64,000 nucleotides of DNA, from assembly GCA_963783375.1 (NCBI GenBank), contig CAWANH010000029.1, positions 704,001 to 768,000 of the forward strand. Direction: 5' to 3'. Shown one piece after another: positions 9,209 through 17,892 of the stretch. The DNA comes from Candidatus Eiseniibacteriota bacterium. GTDB taxonomy: Bacteria; Eisenbacteria; RBG-16-71-46; JABDJR01. How positions within the stretch are numbered: position 1 is the stretch's first letter; every line of letters starts with the position of its first letter. Position numbers and translations under genes: made by a program. The notes beneath the pieces were generated by a model. The model saw only the letters and a program-made list of their open reading frames with translations. It was not told the origin of the DNA and ran no database searches.

Positions 9209-10879
9209 CTACATCTTTTCCCGCAGCCCCAACCGGCGGATACGGGTGTGGAGGTGCTGGCGGCTCACCCCGAGGAGCCGCGCGGCCTGGGAGATGTTCC
9301 CTCCGGACTCGCGCAGCGCGTCGAGGATCGCCGCCTCCTCGGCCGACTGCAGGGTGGCCTTGAGGGTGCCCTCACGCACCGTCCGCACCGGGGCGCGGCT
9401 GCGGAGGCCGGGCAGGAGGTCGTCGGGCTCGATGATCTCGGAGCGGGACAGGGCGCCCGCCCGCTCCACCGCGTTCATCAGCTCGCGCACGTTGCCCGGC
9501 CAGTTGTAGCTCATGAGGAGGCGCCGGGCCTCGCCGCCGAAGCGAAGCCCGGGCCGGCCGATGCGCTCCCGGGTCCGCCCCAGAAAATGCTCGGCGAGCA
9601 GGATGACGTCTTCCCCGCGTTCCCGGAGCGGCGGGAGATTGACCGTGACCACGTTCACCCGGTAATAGAGGTCCTCGCGGAATCGGCCCGCCTTCACCTC
9701 CTCCACCAGGTCGCGGTGGGTCGCGGCGACGATGCGCACGTCCACCTTGCGGGGGATGTTCTCACCGATCCGTCGCACCTCCCCCTCCTGCAGGACCCGA
9801 AGGAGCTTCACCTGGAGGGGCGGGGTGATCTCGCCGATCTCGTCCAGGAAGAGCGTCCCCCCGCTGGCCGTTTCCACCAGGCCGGCATGGTCGCGCTCCG
9901 CTCCGGTGAAAGCTCCCCGGCGATACCCGAAGAGCTCGCTCTCCAGGAGGTTTTCGGGAAGGGCCCCGCAGTTGACCGGAATGAAGTTCGCCTCGCGCCG
10001 GGGGCCGTTGAAGTGCAGGGCCTGGGCCACGAGTTCCTTTCCCGTTCCGGTCTCCCCCTGCATGAGCACGGTGACCGCGTTGCCCACCACCCGGTCCAGG
10101 ACCATGAACACCTTCTCCATGGCCTGGCTCTGTCCCATGATCCGGTCCCAGTTGGAGCGCTGGCCCAGCGCCTGCTTCAGGGTCCGGTTCTCCGCCTCCA
10201 GGGACTCCGCGGTCTCCTCCAGCCGCTCCCGGTGGGCCGCGGTCTCCAGGGCGACTCCCGCCTGGGCGCCGAAGGCCTCGAGGATCTCCACCCCCTCCCG
10301 GTCGATCAGGCCGGCCACGTCCCGGCTGTCCACGTACAACGCTCCCGCCGCTCCCGACGGCCCCGGGATGGGGACGCACACCACGGTGCGCAACGACAGC
10401 TCGCGCACCGAGCGGCGGGCCATGAAGTCGGGGTTGTTGAGGGCGTCGGAAACGTAGAGCGTGCTCCCCTGATCGAGCACCCGGTCGAGAATGCTGTGGC
10501 TGATTTCGGCCAGGACCGAAGGGTCGCCCGGGGAGCCGTCGCGGGTACGCGAAGCGACGGTCCGGAGTCTTCCACCGTCGTCCCGCTGGAGAAGGTAGGC
10601 GCGTTCCGCGCCGGTGATCTCGAGGGCGTAGACCAGGATACGATCCAGCAGCTCCTCGACCCGTCCGGCGCGGTTCAGCGAACGGGCGATATCGAGAAGC
10701 AGTAGAAGCTGGCGCCGTCCCTCTTCCAGGGCATGGACGCGATCCTGCGAACGGTCCGACGCCTGGACCAGCTCCCGACGCTCATCGGCCTCCACGGAGT
10801 GCGCGGCCTGAGCGAGAAGATCTTCGGGATCCTGCTCGCCGTTTTCGTCCGGGGTCCGGTCGGGATCGGGTGGGCTCAT
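9209..10879 (-). CDS. GAF-domain sigma54-dependent transcriptional activator (bEBP, Fis HTH)
   Basis: GAF (CVPI...GALYVD), Walker A GETGTGKE, ESELFG, GAFTGA, LFLDEIGE, FREDLYYR and WPGNVREL motifs, C-terminal HTH; AGGAG RBS. Confidence 0.92.
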   Translation of the reverse strand: MSPPDPDRTPDENGEQDPEDLLAQAAHSVEADERRELVQASDRSQDRVHALEEGRRQLLLLLDIARSLNRAGRVEELLDRILVYALEITGAERAYLLQRDDGGRLRTVASRTRDGSPGDPSVLAEISHSILDRVLDQGSTLYVSDALNNPDFMARRSVRELSLRTVVCVPIPGPSGAAGALYVDSRDVAGLIDREGVEILEAFGAQAGVALETAAHRERLEETAESLEAENRTLKQALGQRSNWDRIMGQSQAMEKVFMVLDRVVGNAVTVLMQGETGTGKELVAQALHFNGPRREANFIPVNCGALPENLLESELFGYRRGAFTGAERDHAGLVETASGGTLFLDEIGEITPPLQVKLLRVLQEGEVRRIGENIPRKVDVRIVAATHRDLVEEVKAGRFREDLYYRVNVVTVNLPPLRERGEDVILLAEHFLGRTRERIGRPGLRFGGEARRLLMSYNWPGNVRELMNAVERAGALSRSEIIEPDDLLPGLRSRAPVRTVREGTLKATLQSAEEAAILDALRESGGNISQAARLLGVSRQHLHTRIRRLGLREKM

Positions 10880-10971
10880 TGCGTCTCCTGAACCGGGTTC
10901 GACTAATGCCGAATGCACGATTTTGTAGATGCGGGCGGATCGACTCGCATTCTACATCAACCGGAGGGAGT

Positions 10972-11007
10972 TGTAAACAAACGTTGACGAATGGGCTAAA
11001 TGACCCA
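10972..11007. promoter_or_regulatory. Two adjacent imperfect palindromes, putative bEBP binding sites
   Basis: TGTAAAC-AAAC-GTTGACG (10972-10989) and TGGGCTAAATGACCCA (10992-11007) in an AT-richer intergenic gap. Confidence 0.4.
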
Positions 11008-11101
11008 GTTCTGGTCGGATGAGAAGGCGGCGTTCTGGGAGTGGGGAGTGGGAGCTGACGGAGGATCCCGGACGAGCTGAAATGAATCCAGGGAGTCGGG
11101 A

Positions 11102-12460
11102 TCAGGCCGCTTCGCGATACTCCTCCTCATCGGTGTCCAGGCGGTGACGGCCCATACGATACCTGAGGGCGCCCCGGCCGAGACCCAGAAGCCTCGCGGC
11201 TTCGCTCACGTTGCCATCGGCCACGCGCAACGCTTCCTCGATGGCCGTGCGCTCGATCTCCTCCCAGGCGATCGGTCCCCCGGAGAAGTCGACGCGAAAT
11301 CCTCCGGCCTTCCCCGCCGGAGCGGGGAGGCCGAGATCTTCGATCATCGTCGCGCCCTGCGGCGCGAGAAGCGCCAGGCGCTCCATGTGATTCCGGATCT
11401 CCCGCACGTTCCCGGGCCAGGGATAGGCCTCGAGTTCGGTACGGAGCTTCGGATCGAGATTCAACGGGCTCCGGCCGAGCCGGCGCAACGCCTCCTCCAG
11501 GAACGTCTCGGCCAGGAACCAGGCGTCCCCGGCCCGTTCCCTGACCGGAGGAAGCTCGAGCCGGAGGACGTCGAGACGGTAGAAGAGGTCGGCCCGGAAC
11601 CGCCCGTCGCGCACCTCGGCGGTGAGATCGCGATTGGTGGCGGCGACCAGATGCACGTCGAGGGGAATCTCCTGACGGCCGCCGAGGCGGCGAAGACTCC
11701 GGGAATCGAGGACGCGCAGGAGCTTGGCCTGGAGGCCCAGGTCGAGTTCCCCGATCTCGTCCAGGAACGCGGTCCCTCCCTGGGCCAACTCCAGGAGCCC
11801 CACCTTTCCGTGGCGTGCGTCGGTGAAGGCTCCCGGCTCATGACCGAACAGCTCGCTCTCCAGGAGATTCATCGGAATGGACGCGCAGTCGACTTCCACG
11901 AAGGGACCGTGGGAGCGCGGCCCGAGGGCGTGCAGACGGCGCGAAGCCACCTCCTTGCCGGTGCCGCTCTCCCCGGTGATCAGCACCGTGGAGGGTCCGC
12001 CGGCGGCGATGCGGTCGAGAAGCTCGCGTACCTGCTGCATGGCCGGGGAGTTCCCCAGCATGGGAGGCGCCCCGGCCAGGGCCCGCCCGCGCTCGCGGCT
12101 CTGCCACACGCGGTCGGCGAGATGGCCGGCCTCCTCTTCAAGGGTGCTTCGGGCCAGGAGCCCGCGCGGCCGGTGGGAGGCGGCCAGGCGGTCCACCTCG
12201 CTCTCCCCTTCGGGGGCGATCCACACCGTCTGGCATCTCGGACACAGCCGGCGGAGAGTCTGCACCAGGCGATCCATTCCGGGATCCGGCCCGGCGGACA
12301 AGAGAGCCAGGGAAGGATCCGCCGAGGACTCACCCAGGACATCGCCCGCGCCATCGGCCCGGGCGAAGGCCAGGACGTGATGGCCGCTCCTGCCGAGAGC
12401 GGCCCGGACCCGTTCCCGGAGTCCCTGCTCCGGCTCGACCAGCATGATGGTCAGGGGCAT
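11102..12460 (-). CDS. Sigma54-dependent activator with a degenerate receiver domain
   Basis: GESGTGKE, ESELFG, GAFTDA, FLDEIGE, FRADLFYRL and WPGNVRE motifs, HTH; the N-terminal REC-like fold lacks the acidic pocket and phospho-Asp. Confidence 0.88.
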   Translation of the reverse strand: MPLTIMLVEPEQGLRERVRAALGRSGHHVLAFARADGAGDVLGESSADPSLALLSAGPDPGMDRLVQTLRRLCPRCQTVWIAPEGESEVDRLAASHRPRGLLARSTLEEEAGHLADRVWQSRERGRALAGAPPMLGNSPAMQQVRELLDRIAAGGPSTVLITGESGTGKEVASRRLHALGPRSHGPFVEVDCASIPMNLLESELFGHEPGAFTDARHGKVGLLELAQGGTAFLDEIGELDLGLQAKLLRVLDSRSLRRLGGRQEIPLDVHLVAATNRDLTAEVRDGRFRADLFYRLDVLRLELPPVRERAGDAWFLAETFLEEALRRLGRSPLNLDPKLRTELEAYPWPGNVREIRNHMERLALLAPQGATMIEDLGLPAPAGKAGGFRVDFSGGPIAWEEIERTAIEEALRVADGNVSEAARLLGLGRGALRYRMGRHRLDTDEEEYREAA

Positions 12461-13611
12461 CAGCGCTCCTCCGCCTTCTCGATCTCCGCCCGCACCCGCG
12501 CCGCCTGTCCCTTCAGGTAGTCGTTCTGGGGATCGGCCCCCAGCGCCTTTTCCGCGAAGTCGAGGGCCTGGTGGAGCTGCCCCCGAACGAGGGCGATCTC
12601 GGTGAGGGTATCCAGGACTTCCCACGAATCCGGAGCCTCGGATTGCGCCTCGGTGGCCAGCCGGGACGCCTCGTCCAGGTTCACCCGGTGTTGGACGTAG
12701 AACCAGGCCAACCCGTTCTTGGGGTCCGCATCCCGGGGAAATTCCTTGATGGCGGAGCGGTAGAGGTGAATCACCCGCGCGTACTCCCGGTCGGCGCGCT
12801 CGCGATTCCCCGCCGCCAGGGCCTCGTCGCCGAGACGGGTGTGAACCGCGGGCAGGAAGGTCTTGGCCTGAAGGCGGTAGAGGCGGAGGAGCTCGACGAC
12901 CGGGGCCTCGGCGTCGTCCACCCGGAGGTCGATGTAGCGATCGTTCCCGCCGCGATAGCCCCCCTTGTCCTTCACCACCAGGAGCGCGGCGGACTGCTTC
13001 CCGCGGCGATCCCCCCCGGCGTTGTTTCCCGCCTCGAGGGCGGCCAGGAGCCGTTCGGCCAGGCTCCCCTCGGACCCCTGGAAGGCATCGGCCATGGCCT
13101 GCACCACCTCCGGCCCGGCCAGGATGTTCCCCTGGATCGCGAAACCCGGTCCCTGAACCCCTCCCGCCCAGGTTTCACACCGGTCTCCGGTGAAGGTGGC
13201 CGAGTTACCGGCCGCATCCACCATGCCGATCTGGCGGATGTCCGGTTGCTCCGCCGGACTCAGGAGCCGATCCAGGGCCTGGGGCGCGCTGGCGCCGTGG
13301 GCCATGAGACCGAGTCCGTCGGGCCCCAGGCGGGTGTCCGCGATGGCCTGGGTCGCCACCGCGCCCACCCCGGCCCGGGCCCACGGCACCACCGAGCCCA
13401 CCGCGAGAAACCGGGAGGCCACCGCGACCCCCCACTCCTTCTCCACGGTGTCGCAGGCCACGATGGAGAACGTGGCCACCGGGGGGAGCGCATCCACCGC
13501 TCCGGGCACGACCCGGGGAGAGGCATGAGCGGGAATCGGTGCGAACGCACTCAGGAATACGATCGAGATCGCCACCCCGAACAGGACGGGGCGCAGGTCG
13601 TCGGTGCGCAT
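12460..13611 (-). CDS. Secreted DUF1028 (Ntn-hydrolase-like) protein with C-terminal TPR
   Basis: Signal peptide, then ATFSIVA...GVAVAS..LAVG, GAVATQA, QGNIL.G, GGDRRG.QSAAL and DLRVDD...P motifs; TPR tail; GAGGAG RBS. Confidence 0.85.
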   Translation of the reverse strand: MRTDDLRPVLFGVAISIVFLSAFAPIPAHASPRVVPGAVDALPPVATFSIVACDTVEKEWGVAVASRFLAVGSVVPWARAGVGAVATQAIADTRLGPDGLGLMAHGASAPQALDRLLSPAEQPDIRQIGMVDAAGNSATFTGDRCETWAGGVQGPGFAIQGNILAGPEVVQAMADAFQGSEGSLAERLLAALEAGNNAGGDRRGKQSAALLVVKDKGGYRGGNDRYIDLRVDDAEAPVVELLRLYRLQAKTFLPAVHTRLGDEALAAGNRERADREYARVIHLYRSAIKEFPRDADPKNGLAWFYVQHRVNLDEASRLATEAQSEAPDSWEVLDTLTEIALVRGQLHQALDFAEKALGADPQNDYLKGQAARVRAEIEKAEER

Positions 13612-13671
13612 GCGGATGTTGATCCTCCTCACTGAGCGGAATCCGTCGATGTGCGGCCTCCGCCGACTCTT

Positions 13672-13700
13672 TTGACGGGCCGGGAACACCCCGATATACT
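13672..13700 (+). promoter_or_regulatory. Sigma70-type promoter
   Basis: TTGACG-N17-TATACT, 28 nt upstream of the CMD gene. Confidence 0.6.
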
Positions 13701-13728
13701 CCCCCGTCTCCACCTCGGGGAGCAAGCG

Positions 13729-14433
13729 ATGGCGGATTCCACCACTCCAGGTTATCGGCAGCTCGAGCGGGAACTGGACTCCCGGCTCGCCTCCCTCGAG
13801 GCCGCGAAAGGCCTCCCCCCGGAACTCCCGGGTCTGACCCTGGCCGCGGCCGCCGCCGCCCGCGGCCGCCGCGACGCCCTCCGGGCCGCCCTCCGGGTGG
13901 TCCGCCGCCGCTCCCTCGATCCGGAGAAACTCCGGGAAGTCCTGCTCCAGACCTACCTCTTCGCCGGCTACCCCCGGGCCATCAACGCCCTGGCCGAGCT
14001 GGCCGCCCTCGGTCCCGAGCCCGCCGTCCTCCCCACCTTGGACCTGGACCACGACCGGGGGCAGGACGCCGTGTGGCGGGCGCGAGGCGAGGCGCTTTGC
14101 CGGCGGGTGTACGGCGGCGCCTACGACCGGTTGCTCGCGACCATGACCCGCATTTCCCCGGAGCTCGGCCGGTGGATGGTGGTGGAGGGCTACGGGAAGG
14201 TGCTCTCGCGGCCGGTTCTCGATGCCCGGACCCGGGAGCTGGCCGCGGTGGCCGCCCTCATGACCCTGGACGTCCCCGACCAGCTGCGCGCGCACTTCCG
14301 CGGTTCCTTCCTCTGCGGCGCCAACCGGGCGGACATCGAGGGGGTGCTGGCGGTCGCGGCGCTCATTGCCCCGGAGATGCTGGAGCCGTCCCGGGCTCTC
14401 CTCGTCCCGGTCGCCGCCCGCCACGGGGGTTGA
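13729..14433 (+). CDS. Carboxymuconolactone decarboxylase (CMD/AhpD-like) family protein
   Basis: EVLLQTYLFAGYPRA.NAL, YG.VLSRP.LD.RTREL..VAAL and QLRAH..G...GA motifs; no CxxC. Confidence 0.78.
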   Translation: MADSTTPGYRQLERELDSRLASLEAAKGLPPELPGLTLAAAAAARGRRDALRAALRVVRRRSLDPEKLREVLLQTYLFAGYPRAINALAELAALGPEPAVLPTLDLDHDRGQDAVWRARGEALCRRVYGGAYDRLLATMTRISPELGRWMVVEGYGKVLSRPVLDARTRELAAVAALMTLDVPDQLRAHFRGSFLCGANRADIEGVLAVAALIAPEMLEPSRALLVPVAARHGG

Positions 14434-14460
14434 GCCGGCGGGGGTTCCGGTTCCCCGGTC

Positions 14461-15273
14461 TCACCGGGGAAGGGGGGGCAGAATGCCCGAGGCCTCGATC
14501 TCCCGAAGGACCGCCACCACCTGGTCATGGACGGCTCCGTTGGTGGCGACCAGGTGGAGCCGCCTCAGATCGAAGCGTCGGCCGAAGTATCCGCTCACCC
14601 GTCCCCCCGCTTCCTCCACCATCAACGTCCCCGCCGCCACGTCCCAGGGGTGGAGCTTCTCCTCCCAGTAGCCGTCGAATCGCCCCGCGGCCACGTAGGC
14701 CAGGTTCAAGGCGGCGGAGCCGTCCCGGCGGAGCGCCTGGGTGAGCTTCATGAACCGGCCGAACTGGACCAGGTTGTCCCGGCTGCTCTGACGCACGTCG
14801 TAAGGAAACCCGGTCACCAGGAAGGCCTGGTCCAGCCGGGCTTCGCCGGTCACCCGGAGCCGCTCCCCGTTCCGGAAGGCCCCCTCCCCGCGCCGGGCGG
14901 TGAAGGTCTCCCCCCGGGTGGGATCGTGCACCACCCCCAGGACGGTCTCCCCCTCCGCCTGGAGGGCGATGGAGACGCAGAAGACCGGATAACCGTGAGC
15001 GTAGTTGGTGGTGCCGTCGAGGGGATCCACGATCCAGCGGAAGGGCGAAGGCCGGTCGATGGCCGTCCCCTCCTCGGCCAGGATCGATGCCTCGGGGAGG
15101 AGGGCGGCCAGCCGCGCCACCACCAGCGCCTCGGACTCGCGGTCCGCCTCGGTCACCAGGTTCACCGCCCCCTTGTGCTCCACGTGGCGGAGCCGGCCGA
15201 GCTTGTCCAGGAGCAACTCCCCGGCCTCCAGGGCCGCGGCCCGCGCGCCTTCGAGAACCGTGTCGAGATCCAT
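14461..15273 (-). CDS. suhB: Inositol monophosphatase family protein
   Basis: NLVTEAD, ILAEE, WIVDPLDGTTNYAHG, TGFPYD, RRDGSAAL and WDVAAG motifs. Confidence 0.9.
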   Translation of the reverse strand: MDLDTVLEGARAAALEAGELLLDKLGRLRHVEHKGAVNLVTEADRESEALVVARLAALLPEASILAEEGTAIDRPSPFRWIVDPLDGTTNYAHGYPVFCVSIALQAEGETVLGVVHDPTRGETFTARRGEGAFRNGERLRVTGEARLDQAFLVTGFPYDVRQSSRDNLVQFGRFMKLTQALRRDGSAALNLAYVAAGRFDGYWEEKLHPWDVAAGTLMVEEAGGRVSGYFGRRFDLRRLHLVATNGAVHDQVVAVLREIEASGILPPLPR

Positions 15274-15458
15274 GCCTTCGCGCCTTCGATCGGGGACGAA
15301 CGTGAGCGGCGCCGCCACGATCGGCGGCGCCGGGCTATCCGGCGAGTGTACCGCCCGGGAGGGGATTCCTCCCGGAATTTCCGGGAAAGGAGCGTTCGCC
15401 CGGCTCGAATTCCCCATTCTCGATGACGGACCGGCCCGGTCCGGGTAGATTAGCGGCC

Positions 15459-17522
15459 ATGAAACGCGACCTTCGTCCCCTCTTCTTTCCCAACTCCTGC
15501 GCGGTGGTGGGCGCCTCGGAGCGGGCCGGCTCCCTTCCCGGGGCCGTTCTCCGGAGCCTGGTCCGGGGAGGGTTCCCCGGCGGTATCTACCCCGTCCACC
15601 CCAAGGCGTCCACCGTTCACGGACAGCGCGCCTACCCCGACCTCGACGCGCTCCCCGCGGTTCCCGACGTCGCGGTGATCGGCGTGGCCCCCGACGCGGC
15701 GGAAGCGGCCATCGACGCCCTGGCCGGGCGCGGGACCCGGGCCTTCGTCCTCCTTACCGCGGGGTTCGGCGAGATCGGCCGGGAAGGCCGCGCCCGGGAG
15801 ACCGCCCTGGCCGAGCGTTGCCGCGCCCGCGGCGCGGTGCTCATGGGCTCCAACTGCATGGGCCTCCACACCGTGACCTCCGACTACCGGTTCGATGCCA
15901 GCTTCTCCCGGATTCTTCCCGGCCCCGGCCGGATCGCCCTCCTCTGCCAGAGCGGCTCCATCGGCGAGTGGCTGATGCTCCGGTTCGCGGAGAGGCGGCT
16001 GGGGATGGCGCTCTTCGCCAGCGTGGGGAACATGGCCGATCTGACCGTCCCCGACTTCGTGGAGGGGGTGGCCGAGCTTCTCCCCCAGGTGAACCAGGTG
16101 TTCCTCTACCTGGAGACGGTTCCCGACGCGTCGCGCCTCCGCGACGCGGTGGCGGCGCTTCGTCCCGGGACCCGGCTGGTGGTGGTGCGCGGGGGAACCA
16201 CCGGTTCGGGGCGGCGCGCGGTGGGGGGACACACCGGAGCGGTGGCGGCCGAACCTTCCCTGGCCGAAGCGCTCATGCGCGCGGTGGACGCCGAGGACGT
16301 GGTCTCGCTCTCCGAAGCGGTGGATCTCATGGAGACCACGGACCGGCTGGGCCTCCCCCGCGGCGCCCGGGCCGCGGTGATCACCAACGCCGGCGGGCCC
16401 GCGGTCCTGGCCACCGACGAGCTGGCCCGGATGGGGGTGGATCTTCCCGCGCTTTCTCCCGAGCTTCGCGGACGCCTGGCCGCCGGGCTTCCGCCGGCCG
16501 CGGTGACCGCGAACCCGGTGGACATGCTGGCCTCGGCCGCCCCCGAGGCGTACCGGGAGGTGCTGACCGAGCTCAGCCGGACCGACGAGGTGGATGTGCT
16601 CCTCCCCATCTTCATGCATCCCATCGTCACCGACGCCGCGCGGATGGCGGAGGTCTTCGCCGACGTCCTCCCCGGCGCGCCGGTTCCCTCCGTTCCCTGC
16701 TGGATGGCCGCCCCGGATGCGGCGGCGACCGGAGACGCCCTTCGGGAAGCCGGACTTCCCGTGCTCGGGGAACCGAACCGCGCCGCCCGGGCCCTGGCCC
16801 GCTGGACCCGGCGTCCCCCCGAGCCCGGAACGCCGTGGCCGGAGCCGAGACGTCCGGCCCGCTGGCCGTCCCCCGCGGCCCGTCTTCCCGGAGGAAACTG
16901 GGGCGATCCGGCGATCCTGGAAGACTTCCTCACCGGGGACCGGGTTCGTCCCGTCCCCACCCGGCGCGCCTCCGGCCGGAGCGCGGCGGCCGCCGCCGCC
17001 GCCGAACTCGGCCTTCCCCTGGCGCTCAAGATCGAACGCGGAAGCGATCCTCACAAGGCCAAGGCCGGACTCCTGGTCCTGGTCCGGACCGAGGCGGAGC
17101 TCGAGACCGGGCTCGGAGCCCTGGCCGCCCGGGAGCGCGCGGGAGATCGCTGGCTGATCCAGCGACTCGTCCCCCGCGGACCCGAGGTCTTCATCGCCTT
17201 CCTCCGACACCCCGACCTCGGCCCCTTCCTGGGCCTGGCCCGGGGCGGGAGCGCGGTGGAGCGCGGCGCGCCGCCGGTCTGGCTGTCCCTTCCCGCCGAC
17301 CTTCCCCGGGCCCGCCGGTTCTTCGAGGGGTCGGGATTCCTCCGGGAGATCGGGGAAGGGGGTGCGGAAGCGGTGCGTGATCTGGCCTCGGGGATGGCGC
17401 GCCTGGCCGCCGAGGCCCCGGAGGCGGCCATGGCCGAGATCAACCCGGCGGTGTGGGAACCGGAGACCGGTACCCTGTGGATCGTGGACGCGCGCTGGGA
17501 GCCGCGCGCCGACACTCCCTGA
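15459..17522 (+). CDS. Acyl-CoA synthetase (NDP-forming) / acetate-CoA ligase family, with a divergent ATP-grasp C-terminus
   Basis: AVVGAS, TAGFGE, G.NC.G, QSG, SVGN.AD, LYLE, GHTG (phospho-His), TNAGG and NPVDM motifs; ATP-grasp LK...HK and EINP. Confidence 0.82.
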   Translation: MKRDLRPLFFPNSCAVVGASERAGSLPGAVLRSLVRGGFPGGIYPVHPKASTVHGQRAYPDLDALPAVPDVAVIGVAPDAAEAAIDALAGRGTRAFVLLTAGFGEIGREGRARETALAERCRARGAVLMGSNCMGLHTVTSDYRFDASFSRILPGPGRIALLCQSGSIGEWLMLRFAERRLGMALFASVGNMADLTVPDFVEGVAELLPQVNQVFLYLETVPDASRLRDAVAALRPGTRLVVVRGGTTGSGRRAVGGHTGAVAAEPSLAEALMRAVDAEDVVSLSEAVDLMETTDRLGLPRGARAAVITNAGGPAVLATDELARMGVDLPALSPELRGRLAAGLPPAAVTANPVDMLASAAPEAYREVLTELSRTDEVDVLLPIFMHPIVTDAARMAEVFADVLPGAPVPSVPCWMAAPDAAATGDALREAGLPVLGEPNRAARALARWTRRPPEPGTPWPEPRRPARWPSPAARLPGGNWGDPAILEDFLTGDRVRPVPTRRASGRSAAAAAAAELGLPLALKIERGSDPHKAKAGLLVLVRTEAELETGLGALAARERAGDRWLIQRLVPRGPEVFIAFLRHPDLGPFLGLARGGSAVERGAPPVWLSLPADLPRARRFFEGSGFLREIGEGGAEAVRDLASGMARLAAEAPEAAMAEINPAVWEPETGTLWIVDARWEPRADTP

Positions 17523-17539
17523 ACGGTCGCTCGTTTCGC

Positions 17540-17559
17540 CCACTCCTCGCGGGGAGTGG
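17540..17559 (+). terminator. Hairpin after the acyl-CoA synthetase gene
   Basis: CCACTCC-N6-GGAGTGG stem, 18 nt after the stop; weak U tail. Confidence 0.35.
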
Positions 17560-17790
17560 CGTTCGGCGGGAAAATCGGAGCAAAATCGGCGGATCTCAGC
17601 CGGTGCGGTTATCCGGTGCCGGACAGGCGCCTAGCCCCTCCGGGTTCGGAGCCGACCCGGACCCGCTCCGGAATTCGGGGCGAATCCCCCATCCCAACCC
17701 GGCCCGGATCGACCCGAGTCCCGCACCCGGATTCAGCTAACCCGCTATCCCCCTTGAGCTTTTGCCCCCGCCAGCCCTCCCGACCCGGAA

Positions 17791-17807
17791 TTGGTCGCCC
17801 CCTTGCT
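17791..17807 (+). promoter_or_regulatory. Sigma54 (-24/-12) promoter
   Basis: TTGGTCGCCCCCTTGCT: GG at 17793-94 and GC at 17805-06 with exact 10-nt spacing, 86 nt upstream of the pilX-like ATG. Confidence 0.7.
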
Positions 17808-17892
17808 CTATCACCGCACCGAACGCCCCGTAGCTGGATTCGACAGGAGCGACTCATCCGGGACCCGGATGCACGGAGGAAGGGAGAACCAC

